Counted from the stretch's first letter, positions 41,547 through 53,898 are shown. The stretch: 64,000 nucleotides of DNA from Octopus vulgaris (GCA_951406725.2 OX597837.1:19096001-19160000); one strand, 5' to 3'. The notes: generated by a model from the sequence alone, not told the origin. Numbers and translations: made by a program.

Positions 41547-42102
41547 TGCTAAAGGAGAACGACCTCCACATAAACCAAAAAAGAGGTATAAGGACTTGCT
41601 GAAGGTTTCCTTAAGAGATGCTTGCTTCTCTCCTGACACATGGGAAGGCATAGCTATTGATCGTAGCAGGTGGATAAGGATTGTGCACGAGGGGACAGTC
41701 ACTTTTGAGAAATCTCGAGTTGCACATGAGAAAGTAAGGAGGGATGTCAGAAAGGACTCTGCCTCAGTAAAGCTGGACTCAAGGGTCATCTTCGTAGTCA
41801 TAAAGCGAGACAGATGAGTGACAACCTGGCCACTGGTGGTGGTGTTACACACCATAGTAATCATATCTGTCGGGCATGTGGAAGAGAGTGTAATTCGGCA
41901 GGAGGACTTAAACGACATGCAAAGGTACATGAAGCCCAGTTACAGCCGGCTATTACCGGTAAAGGTTTTAGTTGCCAATTCTGTACAAGACATTGTAGAT
42001 CTTTAGCTGGGCTAAAAAGTCACATTCAATCACAGCACCAGTAACAGTTAAGCTTCGTGCAATGACCATACTCGATAACAAGGGGGCAGCCATAATAATA
42101 AT
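41547..42102 (+). mobile_element. RTE LINE 3' end with two C2H2 fingers
   Basis: [28 protein letters not shown]; HICRACGRECNSAGGLKRHAKVH; FSCQFCTRHCRSLAGLKSHIQSQH; (AAT)n tail. Confidence 0.85.
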
Positions 42103-42209
42103 GTATGTATGTATGTATGTATGTATGTATGTGTGTGCGTGTATGTATGAGCATTATTGACACAAACACATACATACATGCGTACATGCAAACATATATA
42201 CATATACAT

Positions 42210-42365
42210 ACATCTACGGAACAGGTTAACAAAAAAAAAATCACTTACAGACGATGTTGACCATATTGAGACTGATGGGTCAGAAGAATATTGGTGGGAC
42301 TTAGAAATTAAAACAACCACCAAATTCAAACACAACTGGTCAGGTATTGTTGTGTGGAACCTGAG
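42210..42365 (+). mobile_element. RLE-type non-LTR fragment
   Basis: EEYWWDLEIKTTTKFKHN..IVVWN parallels the 40330-40412 segment. Confidence 0.55.
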
Positions 42366-42724
42366 GAGGCCTTTCTCTATGCAAGGACCTGGAAACTGAG
42401 TAGATGGAATCAATTTAACTGAAGTGAATCTTATTTATAACCTAGATCAAAATGTGTGCGCGGTGTAAAGCCTTTTTTCCGAGGCATTATTGATTCAAAC
42501 TTCATATGAAGCAAGTTGTTTGCAAAAGAGACTAGACTTGGTGTCGACCGTTATTTGAAATTGCATCTACTAAATTTATCGTCCTCTTTAAATTAATTAT
42601 GATCAGCTATAATGTGAAATCACTAGTTGACATGCGTGGCAGCATAATCAGTGTTAATACCACATCATTCAAGTTTTCTGCAAAAACTCTTAACTTTACA
42701 ACTGGTTTCCTGATGGAGAGAAAG

Positions 42725-42755
<31 letters not shown>

Positions 42756-43698
42756 GAGAGTGTGGGGGGAGGATAAAGGGATGAGAGTGAAAGAGAAAGA
42801 GCGAGACAGAAAAGGTAAAGAGACATTGGAGTTGGCAAAGCTTACAGTGTTTGGTACGTAAAATACCGAATTTAAGCACTGTGGTAGCAGAGGATAACAG
42901 GCGTTAGTTAGATGCAAGAGGTAGAAGGTAGAAGATGAAGATTAGTGCATTGGTGCACACATACCTGTTATCTTTTCTAAATACATGACCGACATGCAGA
43001 GCTTTGATTGAATCTAAAAATAAAAAAGGAAACAAGCAAAAAACAAAACAAAAACAAACAAACAAACAAAAAACCCACATCTAACTTGATATTAAATGGG
43101 ACTCGAAAATAAAAAAAAAAAAACGTTGTTGTGAAATCAAATGACCACTTGGCGTCATTGTGGTAAAAATAATTCTTCTAAATACCGAGTAAACTCTAGA
43201 AAGTGTTCACATTTACGTATACCTGTAATCCATGGTGGACTTGGCAATGTTAGTAAATATCTAAGAAACGATCTTAGAAAGTTGAGGTCTTCACAAAAAA
43301 ATAAATAAAAAATAAATAAATAAAAGATAAAAAATCCAGAGCATGTACTTTAAAAATATAACTTATAAGCGGAACAGTAAAGGTATGCAAGACTTTATTA
43401 AAGTTCAATATGTAATTCTGCATTGTTATATCTAGATTCCAGAGATGAAACGTTGGTTTTTTGGTAGAAAGCAGTTAAAGAATTCAAGCAAATAATTAAG
43501 AAAAATGAAGACACACACATACACACACATTCACACACACAAGCACACACACACACGCACGCACGCACACACATACACAAACACATGCCTACATACACAT
43601 ATATGTAAAATTACGTGTGCATCTTTCCCTCTTTTTCTACCTATTTGCGCTTATATGTATATACATGTGTGTGTGTATATATATATATGCATATGAAC

Positions 43699-43755
<57 letters not shown>

Positions 43756-44207
43756 TATATGTATACATATATATATGTTGTTGTTGTGTGTGCGTGTGTG
43801 CACGCGCGTGTATGCACGCGCGTGTATGTGTGTGTAATGTATGTTTTGCATGCGAGTGTGTGAGTGTGTGTATATAAGAATATAAAAAGTACTCAACACA
43901 TGAAGTCGAGTATAATTAGACGTATTCGGCTGTCTTCTGCGCTGCAATTCCTTCTCCTCCCCATTACTTAGCTTCATTATCTCAGTACTTTTATATTGTT
44001 CGACCAGTTGGGGGTAAAATGGACGTTGGTTGTCATGTTTTGGCCAAATGTTGGTAATTTTTTTTGTTTATAAACGACGTAAATCTTGTTTCCGACTAAC
44101 GGAGGAGCACTTATAAATGAATTGTGAACACAAAGCTGAGTAATGGAAAAACAAACGGCAGACACATATATTGAATATGTGTGTAGATATAAACAAATGT
44201 TAGATAC

Positions 44208-44264
<57 letters not shown>

Positions 44265-44546
44265 CATATATTTACCCATACATGTATATGTATGATCTGT
44301 CTATCTATTTATCTACATATGTGCACATATACATATTATGCATGTATGTATACACACACACATATATACTTATATATACATACTTACACACACACAAACA
44401 TATATGTATCTCTCTCTCTATATATATATACATGCAAACGAACACATATATAAGTACATAAACGTATTTATGTATATATGTGTTTGTGAGTGTATGTATC
44501 TGTTTGTCTGTCTGTCAGTCTATCTGTCTGTCTATCTATCTATTTA

Positions 44547-44650
<104 letters not shown>

Positions 44651-44654
44651 ATCT

Positions 44655-45365
44655 ACCTATATTCAAATATTCCAAAGAGATAGTCTTTCTGTAATCTGTT
44701 TATCTTGGCATTAAATCCATTATCCGCTATAAAAATCCAATGGCTACATGCTAAGGTCTGCAACTGTTTGTGATACCGATGTAACCCATCAATGATGGGT
44801 TACATCTGAAGATCTATGCTAAAAATGTTTACGATGCTACAAAACAGCTGGACTTAATATTATCACCTTACATAGGAATGGAATTGGGCCAAAAAAGCGC
44901 TCGTATCTGTTGAACGTGGAAAAACTGTCTCCCGAAACCAAATCCTGTTTATCGATAATCTGTATCTATCTCTCCCGTTCAACGCAAAGGACGCTGCAAA
45001 TACCTGGGCGTTGATGTAAACATACGAAAGTGCTGTGAATAAAGATAGAGTGACCCATGAGTATTACACAAGACTTAGAAAAATATGGAAGTAGGAACTC
45101 TGCTCTCACAATAAGACAATATCCTACAATGCATTTGCAGTACCAGAGCTGATTCCAACATTTGGCATACTCGATTGGTCTGTAGAGGAAAACCACTCTG
45201 TAGACATTAAAACGTATATGATCCTGGCATCAAATGGAAACTTCTATGAAGAGATGAAGGAGGTTGAGGCTCGACATCAGAGCAGGCACCCTTCGAATGT
45301 CGTTTATTATCTGTGAGATAGCTCTTGCTAAACAATAGCAGCAAAAGTGAATATATAAACTTAGG
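44655..45365 (+). mobile_element. R4/Dong-type RT fragment, degraded
   Basis: FQRDSLS, LKIYAK, IGMELG, KYLGV, EYYTRLRKIWK*EL..NK..YNAFAVP..TFGILDWS. Confidence 0.8.
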
Positions 45366-45484
45366 GCTGAAGGGCGAAGAGCACAACATCCTACGTATCG
45401 GCACCTCAGGAAGCACTCTCTTCCCGACGCCATCTTCCCAATCAATCTCAAAAACACCCGGACTAGCGTCTTTTTTTTTTTGTT

Positions 45485-45929
45485 TACCTTTTTATCTATT
45501 TCGTATTTCAGTCATTAGACTGCGGCCATGCTGGGGCACCGCCTTAGAGAATTTTCTTTTTTAGTGAAATGAATCGACCCCAGTAGTTAATTTTACAAAG
45601 CCTGGTATTATTCTATTGGTCTCTTTTCCCGAACCGTTAAGTTACGGTGGCATAAACAAACCAGTAGTAGTGGTGGTGGTGGGGCAAACACAGACACAAA
45701 GAAACGCACACACACACACACACGCACGCACATACACACGCACGCACGCACACAGACATACGCATACGATGGGCTCCTTTCCGTTTTCGCCTGCCAGATC
45801 CACTCACAAGGCATTGGTCGGCCTAGGGTTATAGTAGAAGACACTTATCCAAGGTGTCACGCGAAGAGACTGAACCCAGAACCATGTGGTTGGGAAGAAA
45901 GCTTCTTACCACACAGCTATGCCTGCGCC
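45485..45929 (-). mobile_element. SINE family A, diverged
   Basis: Family motifs. Confidence 0.88.
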
Positions 45930-46394
45930 TAAAAAGAAAAAAGAAACTGAATATGAAACGCTCAATACACCGAAGACAGGTAGACTATGCAAGGGTATGT
46001 TTCCGAAGACTCCCTTCCTATTCGAGACAACGTTGTCATAAAAAGAAATCATAATAGATGAAAAATATATATTGGAATAACCGGAAAATTTCTCGATCGA
46101 AATCTTGAAATCCACTTTTGGCATATACGATCAGTAACAATATCCTCTCCGTACACAGCGTGTATATTCCTACAGGTTTCCGCTGCCTTTTGCCTTTTTA
46201 AAAATAATTAAAAAAAAACTTCAATTTTCAGGGTGATCCTAAGCGCGGAAAATACAATCTGTTTCATCACAAGTTTGCATCGGACTTCAATGAAGTGTCT
46301 TGTATCTAACGAGTGCGCATGTGCAAAGGACAAACTGACTGAAATTTAGTGGCAACAAAAATAAAAAAGACTCTTTGGCCAACCGAACACGCAC

Positions 46395-46453
<59 letters not shown>

Positions 46454-46794
46454 TATACACGTATGATATGGTGTATGTGTGTGTATGTGTGTGTATGTGT
46501 GTTTAAGTGTGTGTAAGTGTGTATGTATATAATAATATAAATAATATATAAATATATGCATATATACATATATGTACATACCTACATATATATGTATATA
46601 TACGTGCATATATGGGTACAGGACATCAAAAAACGTTGAACACAATGAGAAACGAAAACACAAAAACAAAAACATAGAAAACGAACTTTTTTTCAAACAA
46701 CGAAAAAAAAAAACAACAGAGAAACGAGACATACAACATAAAGAAGATTCCCCTTCTTCAGTTGTCCCTGTTTCGTCTTCTCCGCGTTTCGATA

Positions 46795-47597
46795 CCAGTG
46801 GCAACTCCGGTATTCGAGCTGTTCGGGCTTAGCCCGAGGATAAATTTAGTGAAGTGAGCGTGTATGTGCAAGCTGATTTAAGTCCTACCGACACTGACTT
46901 CGAGTATGTAAATTCAGCCAATAACTCGGGCTCTTATTATTGAGCCTGGTCGAGTTCACTTATTTTCGTTCAGCGTCTGGAGGGTCGTCTTAGAGGTGTC
47001 AAAAAATATCATTCGTAGTAGACATTCTCTCGACATTGTTCACACGCACCTGACTCGGGCTCAGAAATTACAGCCCGAATTGTTATCTATAATCGTAAAA
47101 ATTAAAAGTAATTCAAATTCAATGTGTTTTTGAAATAATAAATTTATAGAGAGATTAGGATTTAAATTCCATTCTATGAAAAGTTTCCGTTCTACAATAT
47201 TCTGAAAGGAACGAAAAGTTATCCAGCAACTCGGGCTCACACGAACGAGCCTGGTAGATGTAAAAGACTAACTGGTATCTCTTGTCAAGAGTACAGGCGA
47301 CAGTCAGATCACTGATATTTGTTGTACACTCTGCTGTCGTTATTTGATTGCTGTTATTCTGTGCGTCTGTGTGTAAAGATCAGTTGTGTTTTGCAGGGTT
47401 GATTATTTTTATTCTTATCTTAGAAATAGAGAAAGACATACTAAAACTATATTTCTGTCTTATTGGTAAATTATCTGTGCACATATAAGTCTGTGGTGCG
47501 CATTACGTCTCTTACATTCTTTTATACATGAGTCTTGAGTCTTATGCGAAATCTGTGATGAGACCGAGTGACACTGATGATCTGGAGTCGCCTCTGG
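46795..47597. mobile_element. Non-autonomous DNA transposon with ~16-bp imperfect TIRs and TA flanks
   Basis: TA-CCAGTGGCAACTCCGG ... CTGGAGTCGCCTCTGG-TA; four internal TCGGGCT..AGCC hairpins. Confidence 0.7.
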
Positions 47598-47604
47598 TAT
47601 ATAT

Positions 47605-48075
47605 ATATTTATTTTTAGTTTTTATTTTATTTTATTTTATTTAGTCTCAGCTCACGAGCTGTGGCCATGCTGGGGCACCACCATTTAGTGTTGCTACATG
47701 ATTTTACTTCACGAATGCTTTTTAGCAATTGCCATTTGGTGCATGAGAGAGTTCGATGCAGCTGCCCTCATCTGCACCTCCTGCCGTGAAGTTGGTTCAT
47801 CTGGGACATCTGACAGGAAGAGATCCAGTTTTATTTTAAAGAGATCTGCATCCACCCTATGCAGGTCTCTCAGGTTCTTCGGGAGGATATTGAAGAGCTG
47901 TGGGCCACTGAAGCCCAGGCTATCACAGTATCTTGTCCTACATCTTGATGGCAAATTTGGAGTCCTTGGCACTATGCAGTGGCGCCCAGTTCTAGTATTT
48001 GTGTAACTCTCGATGCCAAAGTTTGGGACAAGTCTTTCTAGGATCTTCCAGATGTATATTATGGCATATCTTTCT
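47605..48075 (-). mobile_element. CR1-group LINE 3' end
   Basis: RERYAIIYIWKILERLVPNFG..GPQLFNILPKNLR..FKIKLDLFLSDVPDEP..AASNSL; (AAAAT)n tail. Confidence 0.85.
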
Positions 48076-48234
48076 CGCCATATATATATTATATATATAT
48101 ATGATACAAAGAAGAATGTGATATTTTTCCGAACGTAACATTGCCTTGATAAGTGGGCTAAAGAAACTTTTGTAAGAGGCAAGCTCAAGCAAACTGCTTC
48201 CATTAAATTAGGTACCGACACTACTTGACCCACA

Positions 48235-48346
48235 AGAAAACTATAAATACCAGGTGATAAACGAAGGAGAGGGTATACAACATGCTACTATGAAAGAAAA
48301 ATAAGAAAGAAGTATTAAAGAAGAATAAGACTCATACTAAAAACAG
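48235..48346 (+). mobile_element. R4/Dong RT short fragment
   Basis: INEGEGIQHATMKEKIRK..RIRLILKT. Confidence 0.6.
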
Positions 48347-48350
48347 CAGA

Positions 48351-48420
48351 AACAATGGGTAAATCGAACCCACATACCCCAAAACACAGTCTGAGTGCTT
48401 TACCATTAAGCTAAACTGCC
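48351..48420 (-). pseudogene. tRNA-like sequence (SINE head or tRNA pseudogene)
   Basis: GGCAGTTTAGCTTAATGGTAAAGC..GTGGGTTCGATTTAC: A box and B box at tRNA spacing; imperfect cloverleaf. Confidence 0.6.
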
Positions 48421-48639
48421 CGCTGAGAGCTCAACCGTCGATTTTATACACTAAATAGCTAATTGAACAATCACGTGTATATATAAACAAACTTACATTT
48501 GTATTTATTAGAAGCGTCGCATGTGTATGACCCATTGTTTCTGGTGTTCTAACGATAATGTTATGCTCGAAAAATTATCACCTTCTTGTTTGTATCGTAC
48601 AATACACATTCGAACGCTTCTAATAAAAGCAAATGTAAG

Positions 48640-51385
48640 TCTCCGCTTACTTCCTTCCCACTGCTTTCAGCCTTCCATTAACCTTTCTTTGCTCATTTTC
48701 AAAAAAACTCGCTTCTCCAGCCACGTTTCATTTCTCAGTCGCTGCTTACATCACCGCCTCATCCCTAAAAGTTTTCGCCTCCATTTCCACCCCACTCTCC
48801 ACTCAGCTTCATCCATCCTACCCATACTCCGCACCACATCCTACCGCCTTATGTGTGCCACCATTCGCTCCAATCTCTCTAAAATACATACCACCGACCG
48901 CCTTCTCCCTCCTGCTTTTTCCATCTTTTTCTCCTCTCTACCGCCCTTCCATGCTCACAACACGTTGCGTTATATAATTCATTTAAATCATCTCTTTCAT
49001 CAATTTCTTGCCAACACCAAACTTCGTAAACTCCACTCACTCCTCCATTCCATCACACCCGATGTCACTACCCCAACTCCTTCACTACCCTTCTCCCTCC
49101 CTGATACGCTCCACTCACCTACACCCAAACCCCTGTCCCTCCAACCCCCACACATCCCCACCCCTCCTACCTCCACCCTATCCACCCCTCCTACTTCTAT
49201 TCCATCCACCCCTTCTCCACTTCAGTCTGTTGTTACCATTCCCTCAGATCTTCCCCTCGCTGTGGCGGAGCGCTCCATCCTCAGTAGGGGTCTGCGTTTC
49301 ATCACCCTTACTCTATCCTGTAAGGAATTTCAGACTCGTGCTGATATCCACAGCTTTGTGCGTCGTGTTAGGTTGTGTGCGCTTTTCCGCGACACTCCAC
49401 CCGCATCAAACGAGGAGGACTGCTTCACTGACCTGGGTCGCCGACCATCCCAGTGGATGCCTGCTCCTGGCCAGTTCCAAGCAGTTGATCTTTTTGCGGG
49501 CGCCTGCCAGCGCGCTGTGGACTGGTTCAGCTTCTCCAGGCGTCCCTGTCGTCTCAACATCTCCCCAGCCAAACTCTCGGCTCTTCGTTCCCTCCGACGG
49601 CGCACTGACATCGTTATAAAACCGGCCGACAAGGGTGGAGCAGTGGTAGTATGGCGCGCGGAACTCTATAAGGCCGAAGCCCTCCGCCAACTTCATGACA
49701 CCTCCTTCTACTGCCCTCTGCCTTCTGACCCCACGCCCACCTACCAACAAACCTCTACCATCCATGACCTCATCTCGTCCTCCCGTCTCCCCCACACCGC
49801 CTCCAACTTCATTGTCCGAAACCCCCGCATCCCCACCATTTACTTCCTCCCTAAAATCCACAAATCCAATAACCCTGGCCGCCCTACCGTCTCCGCCTGT
49901 AACTGCCCCACCGAGCTTATCTCCAAATATCTCGACGTGTCCTTGCCCCCCTAGTGGCTTCTCTCCCTTCTCACATCCTTGACACCAACCATACTCTTCG
50001 TCAATTCAACTCTTTCTCCTTCCCTCCTGGCCCCTCTAAAATTCTCTTTACTCTGGACATCCAGAGTCTCTACACTGTGATCCCTCACCACGAGGGTCTG
50101 CGTGCACTGAAACACTTCCTGGACCTCCGACCCAATCCCCGACCCGACACATCCACACTCGTTCATCTGGCCGAACTAGTCCTCTCACTTAACTGCTTCT
50201 CGTTCGTGGGCGATTTCTACCAGCAAACCTCAGGAGTGGCCATGGGAACGAGAATGGGCCCCAACTACGCGAACCTGTTCGTTGGCTATGTTGAGGCCCA
50301 AATATTCTCTAGTTTCACTGGTCCCTCTCCCGAACTATATGGCTGTTATATTGACGACTGCATCGGTGCCACCTCACTCTCCCGTGAACATCTAGACTCC
50401 TTCTTCTCTTTCGTTAAATCCTTCCATCCTGCCCTCCACTTCTGCACTATCTCTGACACCTCTGTCTCCTTTCTTGACATCTTAGTCAGCATTCATCACT
50501 CCTCTCTTACCACCTCCATCCACTACAAACACACAAACTCACACTCATACCTCAACTTCTCCTCCTCCCACCCTAAACACACCAACCTTTCCATCCCCTA
50601 TTCCCAATTCCTCCGTCTACGCAGGCTCTGTAGTGACGACCATGACTTTGAGACTCAGTCTCAACTCATGGCTCGCCACTTCATCCTATGTGGATATCCC
50701 CTCACCACTATCCACACCGCCCTTGCCAGAGCACGTTCCGTGGACCGTGCATCTGCCCTCTCCTCCGAACCCACCCTGCAGTCTCCCGCCTCCCTTTCCC
50801 CCCTCATCTACCACCCCACCACCCTACCTCTCCAACGCACCATTCTCCGAGCTTTCCGGCATCTCCAGTCCGACTCGTCCACTTCACACATCTTCCCTAA
50901 CCGACATCTCCCCTCCTTCAAACGAGCCCACAACCTAGGAGACCTTTTGGTCCACAGCTTCTTCCCCAACCCTACCTCCCAACCTGGCTTGTTTCCCCTT
51001 TCCCGCCCACGCTGCCGCACTTGCACTTACCTCTCCAACACCACCCTCCTCACCGACACCCATCATCGACCTTATCGCATCACCGACTCCTTCACCTGCA
51101 CCTCCACCAATATCTATTGTATCTCCTGCTCTCTCTGCCATTCTCTGTACTTCAGACAAATGGGACGCCGCTTGGCTGACCGGATCGTGGAACACCTTCG
51201 AGACATCCGCCTCGACAATGACATCCCGGTCTCACGCAATTTCCGCTCTACCGGTCACTCTTCGCAACACCTGTCCGTGTTCGGATTGTCCTTGCACAGA
51301 GGCGATCCTGACTCCCGTTTGCGCCGCGAACAGGGATTAATCTTCTCTCTTCACTCCTTTACGCCATTTGGGCTCAACTCTCCTC
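48640..51385 (+). pseudogene. Penelope-like RT/GIY-YIG ORF with a 1-nt frameshift near 49936
   Basis: IKPADKGGAVVVW, YFLPKIHK..PGRP, LDIQSLYTVIP, GVAMGTRMGPNYANLF, YIDD, FLDI, SRPRCRTC, NIYCISCSLCHSLYFRQMGR (degenerate YIG), PFGLN. Confidence 0.9.
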
Positions 51386-52253
51386 CCCTTGCCTCTCTCC
51401 TCGCCTCCTACTTCCTCCCACCCATCTCTCCTATCTTGTCCCGACTCCTACTTCTCTTCACTCCTACTTCTCTTCGCTCCTACTTCTCTTCACCCCTACT
51501 CTCTTTCCCTCTTCTCTCTTACTCTCTTTCTCTCTTCTCCCTTTCTCTCTTCTCCCTTACTCTCTTTCTCTCTTCCCTCTTTCTCTCTTCTCTCTTACTC
51601 TCTTTCTATCTTCTCTCTTACTCTTTCACCCTCTCTTTCTCTCTTCTCTCTTGCTCTCTCACCTCACATACCCACCTTCCCCTTCCCTCTTCATTGTCAA
51701 CCCTCCCCATAAGCTCACACCACCCCTACACATTCCTACTTCACCTTCCCTATCCTCCCCATCCCCCATCCCACCCCATCCATCCCCTACATCCTCTCCC
51801 ACATACCCCACCTCTACCTCCACCCACTGCCTACCCACAATCCTCACCTCTACCCTCACCCTCTGCCTACCCACATACACGAATTCTACCCCAACCCTCA
51901 GCCGAACCCACACCCTACCCGTGCTTTCCCCACTCTCGCCTCCCCCACCTCCCAACAACATCACACCACACCACACTACACCATACAACATTACACATTA
52001 CAACACAACACACCATCCACACACCAGCACTGACCAATTCCCATCCCCACATTTTCACACCTACACGCGCACACGCCCAGACCACCAGCCCTCTTTCACA
52101 TGCGCATAGATACTCTCTTATACACACACGCACTTTCGTGTTGGGGGTCATCTTTACTTTGTTATCTCCCCTACTTCTGTCCGGCAGTCAGTCGCCATGA
52201 TAGATCGTTAGCCACTACACACATTTTTTTCTCTCCTTGTTTTTTTCTGTGTA

Positions 52254-52291
52254 TCTTTCTGTAGAAGAGCATAGGCTCGAAACGTAAAAGA
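52254..52291 (+). ncRNA. Minimal type I hammerhead-like motif, variant core
   Basis: tcttt CTGTAGA A gagc-atag-gctc GAAA CG TA aaaga. Confidence 0.6.
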
Positions 52292-52385
52292 CTTTTTCTA
52301 TTCCTGAGCGTTATACTAATACATCTGTTTGTTTTGTACACCACCTGTCTTCGTCTTTTGTTTTTTTCGTAAACTCTCCCTATAT

Positions 52386-52856
52386 AATTAAAAATATTGA
52401 ATTTCTAAATGTCTCAGAGAGACATGAGCGGTGGTGGAGCGATAGAGTGGTCGTATACTGTCAACTCAATGTGACAGTCCCGTAAGGGAATTACACAACC
52501 GCCATTTAGCCCTAGGAAATATCGACGTCTCCTGTCGGCTTTGACACATTTTCTGTGTCCGTATATTTGCAAAGGGGAGGCAATCACCCCCGCAAGCCGG
52601 GACAAAGCACCTGAAGACATATGTTTCTGAGTGTATTGCTCATCGTCAGTTCAGGGTAGCCTGCCTCGCTCGCTGAGATGACTGCAACCTCTCTGCAAAT
52701 ATATCATATTATCAGTAAAATTTATTTACTGATCACCGAAATTAGAAATATTGAATTTCTAAATGTCTCAGAGAGACATAAGCGGTGGTGAAGCAATATA
52801 GTGGTCGTATACGGGACTGTCACATTGAGTTGACAGTATACGACCACTATATCTCC
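52386..52856 (-). mobile_element. Retrozyme-like non-autonomous element (354-bp partial tandem plus inverted end)
   Basis: 52386-52458 is repeated at 52740-52812; 52810-52853 is the reverse complement of 52440-52483; contains an intact hammerhead. Confidence 0.75.
52610..52655 (-). ncRNA. Type I hammerhead ribozyme
   Basis: cctgaa CTGACGA tgag-caataca-ctca GAAA c-atat-g TC ttcagg. Confidence 0.88.
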
Positions 52857-53039
52857 CTATATATATATATGAATATTTTTAACTGATAATATTAACAGTA
52901 GTAACATGGTCGGTTCATTAGGTTTAATAGCATTCAAAGCTACAACATATAAAATTACAACTGAGCTTTAGGCTGCAGAAAAGTCCTAATTCAACCGCCG
53001 GAAGGTATATATTTGTGTGTGTGTGTATATATATATGAA

Positions 53040-53114
<75 letters not shown>

Positions 53115-53337
53115 TGGAGGGCTGGCCGGATCTAGTAATCTCAAGATTAATCAGCCGAAATTACTACGATGATCCGGTTCTTGACTGAAGACTGAGGGCT
53201 TCGAATGTCCTGTCCGTGTTTGTTGTATCGTCTTGTAAGTGTTATGCGTTCTTGTCCCAGTTTGTATTTTTCTACATATCATAATAATATATTCCTGGCG
53301 CCACGTACCCTTCTTAACACTTATGTGAGCACATATT

Positions 53338-53406
<69 letters not shown>

Positions 53407-53431
53407 AATAAGCAACAAGAATGACTCCAGT

Positions 53432-53519
53432 AATTTGGTACAATCGTTTCGTACTACATTTTATTAAATGTTGTAAGTATTACAACAGATTTAAGATGTT
53501 AAGTACTCATCAGCCAATT
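53432..53519 (-). ncRNA. Type I hammerhead ribozyme with extended stem II
   Basis: aattgg CTGATGA gtact..(long hairpin)..agtac GAAA c-gatt-g TA ccaaatt. Confidence 0.85.
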
Positions 53520-53898
53520 ATAGAGGTTTTCCATTAATACAAACATTTTCAAATCAAGTGGCAACATTATAGAGAAGGTAGATATACAGACAAAGATGTG
53601 GATTTAAATTTTAAGAACATATGAGGTAGTGAAGTCCTTCCACTGACTGACTAAGATATGGCTGTTCCTAATTGCTGTAAGGTTAGAAGTAATAAAGATT
53701 TTTTATTTGTAGAAATGGGGTAAAGGAGGTTTCAGAACTCCATAAAAGGAATTCATGTTGGAGACAGCAATTGCCACTAACAAATGCCAATTACTGCTAT
53801 TTGGTGAGAGAAAACTAGGTCAATGTCAAATGGTCTTAATCCCATATATATGTATGTATATATATGTATATATATATATGTATGTATATGTATATATG

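Larger units (their letters stand above)
48640..52382 (+). mobile_element. Penelope-like element (Neptune-type), near full length
   Basis: N-terminal domain + RT + GIY-YIG, then a C/T-rich tract and a hammerhead-bearing terminus abutting TATATA. Confidence 0.92.

Noticed and set aside
51385-52200. Long L/S/F- and P/H/T-rich C-terminal extension of the 748-aa ORF
   Set aside because: A low-complexity G-poor tract rarely contains stops; PLE proteins normally end shortly after the P.GLN motif.
53115-53340. TA-flanked island with hairpin ccggatc/gatccgg and tagtaat/attacta
   Set aside because: Probably a repeat terminus, but no hammerhead core in correct register was found.
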